Both the position numbers and the translations under genes were made by a program. Below are positions 63,949-64,000 of a DNA stretch of 64,000 nucleotides, one piece after another. Numbering within the stretch: position 1 is the stretch's first letter; the number at the start of each line of letters is the position of its first letter. Source of the DNA: Mobula birostris. Its lineage: Eukaryota. Location: the NCBI RefSeq assembly GCF_030028105.1, contig NC_092398.1, forward strand, positions 23,079,649-23,143,648, given 5' to 3'. The notes beneath the pieces are model-generated. The model ran no database searches. It saw nothing but the letters and a program-made list of their open reading frames with translations, and was not told the DNA's origin.

Positions 63949-64000
63949 GTGATTGGTCTGCCACCTGACGAGCACCCTGTTGTCCCGCCCCTCAGGCCCC

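Overview
Vertebrate genomic DNA, GC-rich and dense in repeats. The CR1/Rex1/Tx1/Penelope-type repeat content suggests a cartilaginous fish such as a ray or shark; this is inference. Four intron-containing genes can be built exon by exon with consistent reading phase: a MAGI-family gene, probably MAGIX (minus strand, 16508 to beyond position 1, incomplete); GPKOW (plus, 11 exons, 482 aa, complete); TIMM17B (minus, 6 exons, 169 aa, complete); and PQBP1 (plus, 5' part only). All four have human counterparts on Xp11.23 and here form two divergent pairs. Introns are filled with LINE fragments, SINEs, MITEs and G/C-skewed minisatellites. Most ORFs in the supplied track are artefacts of these repeats. 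The most interesting unannotated signals are: (1) a dispersed short mobile element carrying a minimal hammerhead ribozyme core, with the core intact in PQBP1 intron 1; (2) an HDV-like ribozyme fold with an unusual L3 insertion at the 5' end of an RTE-like repeat; (3) a Tx1 retrotransposon inserted inside a 52-bp satellite; (4) a MAGIX-like gene with PDZ0-GuK-PDZ1 but no recognisable WW domains; (5) a 53-bp near-perfect intronic hairpin; (6) a retrocopy of an unidentified polyadenylated RNA. All alignments and folds were done by eye, and family names were assigned from memory without database searches.
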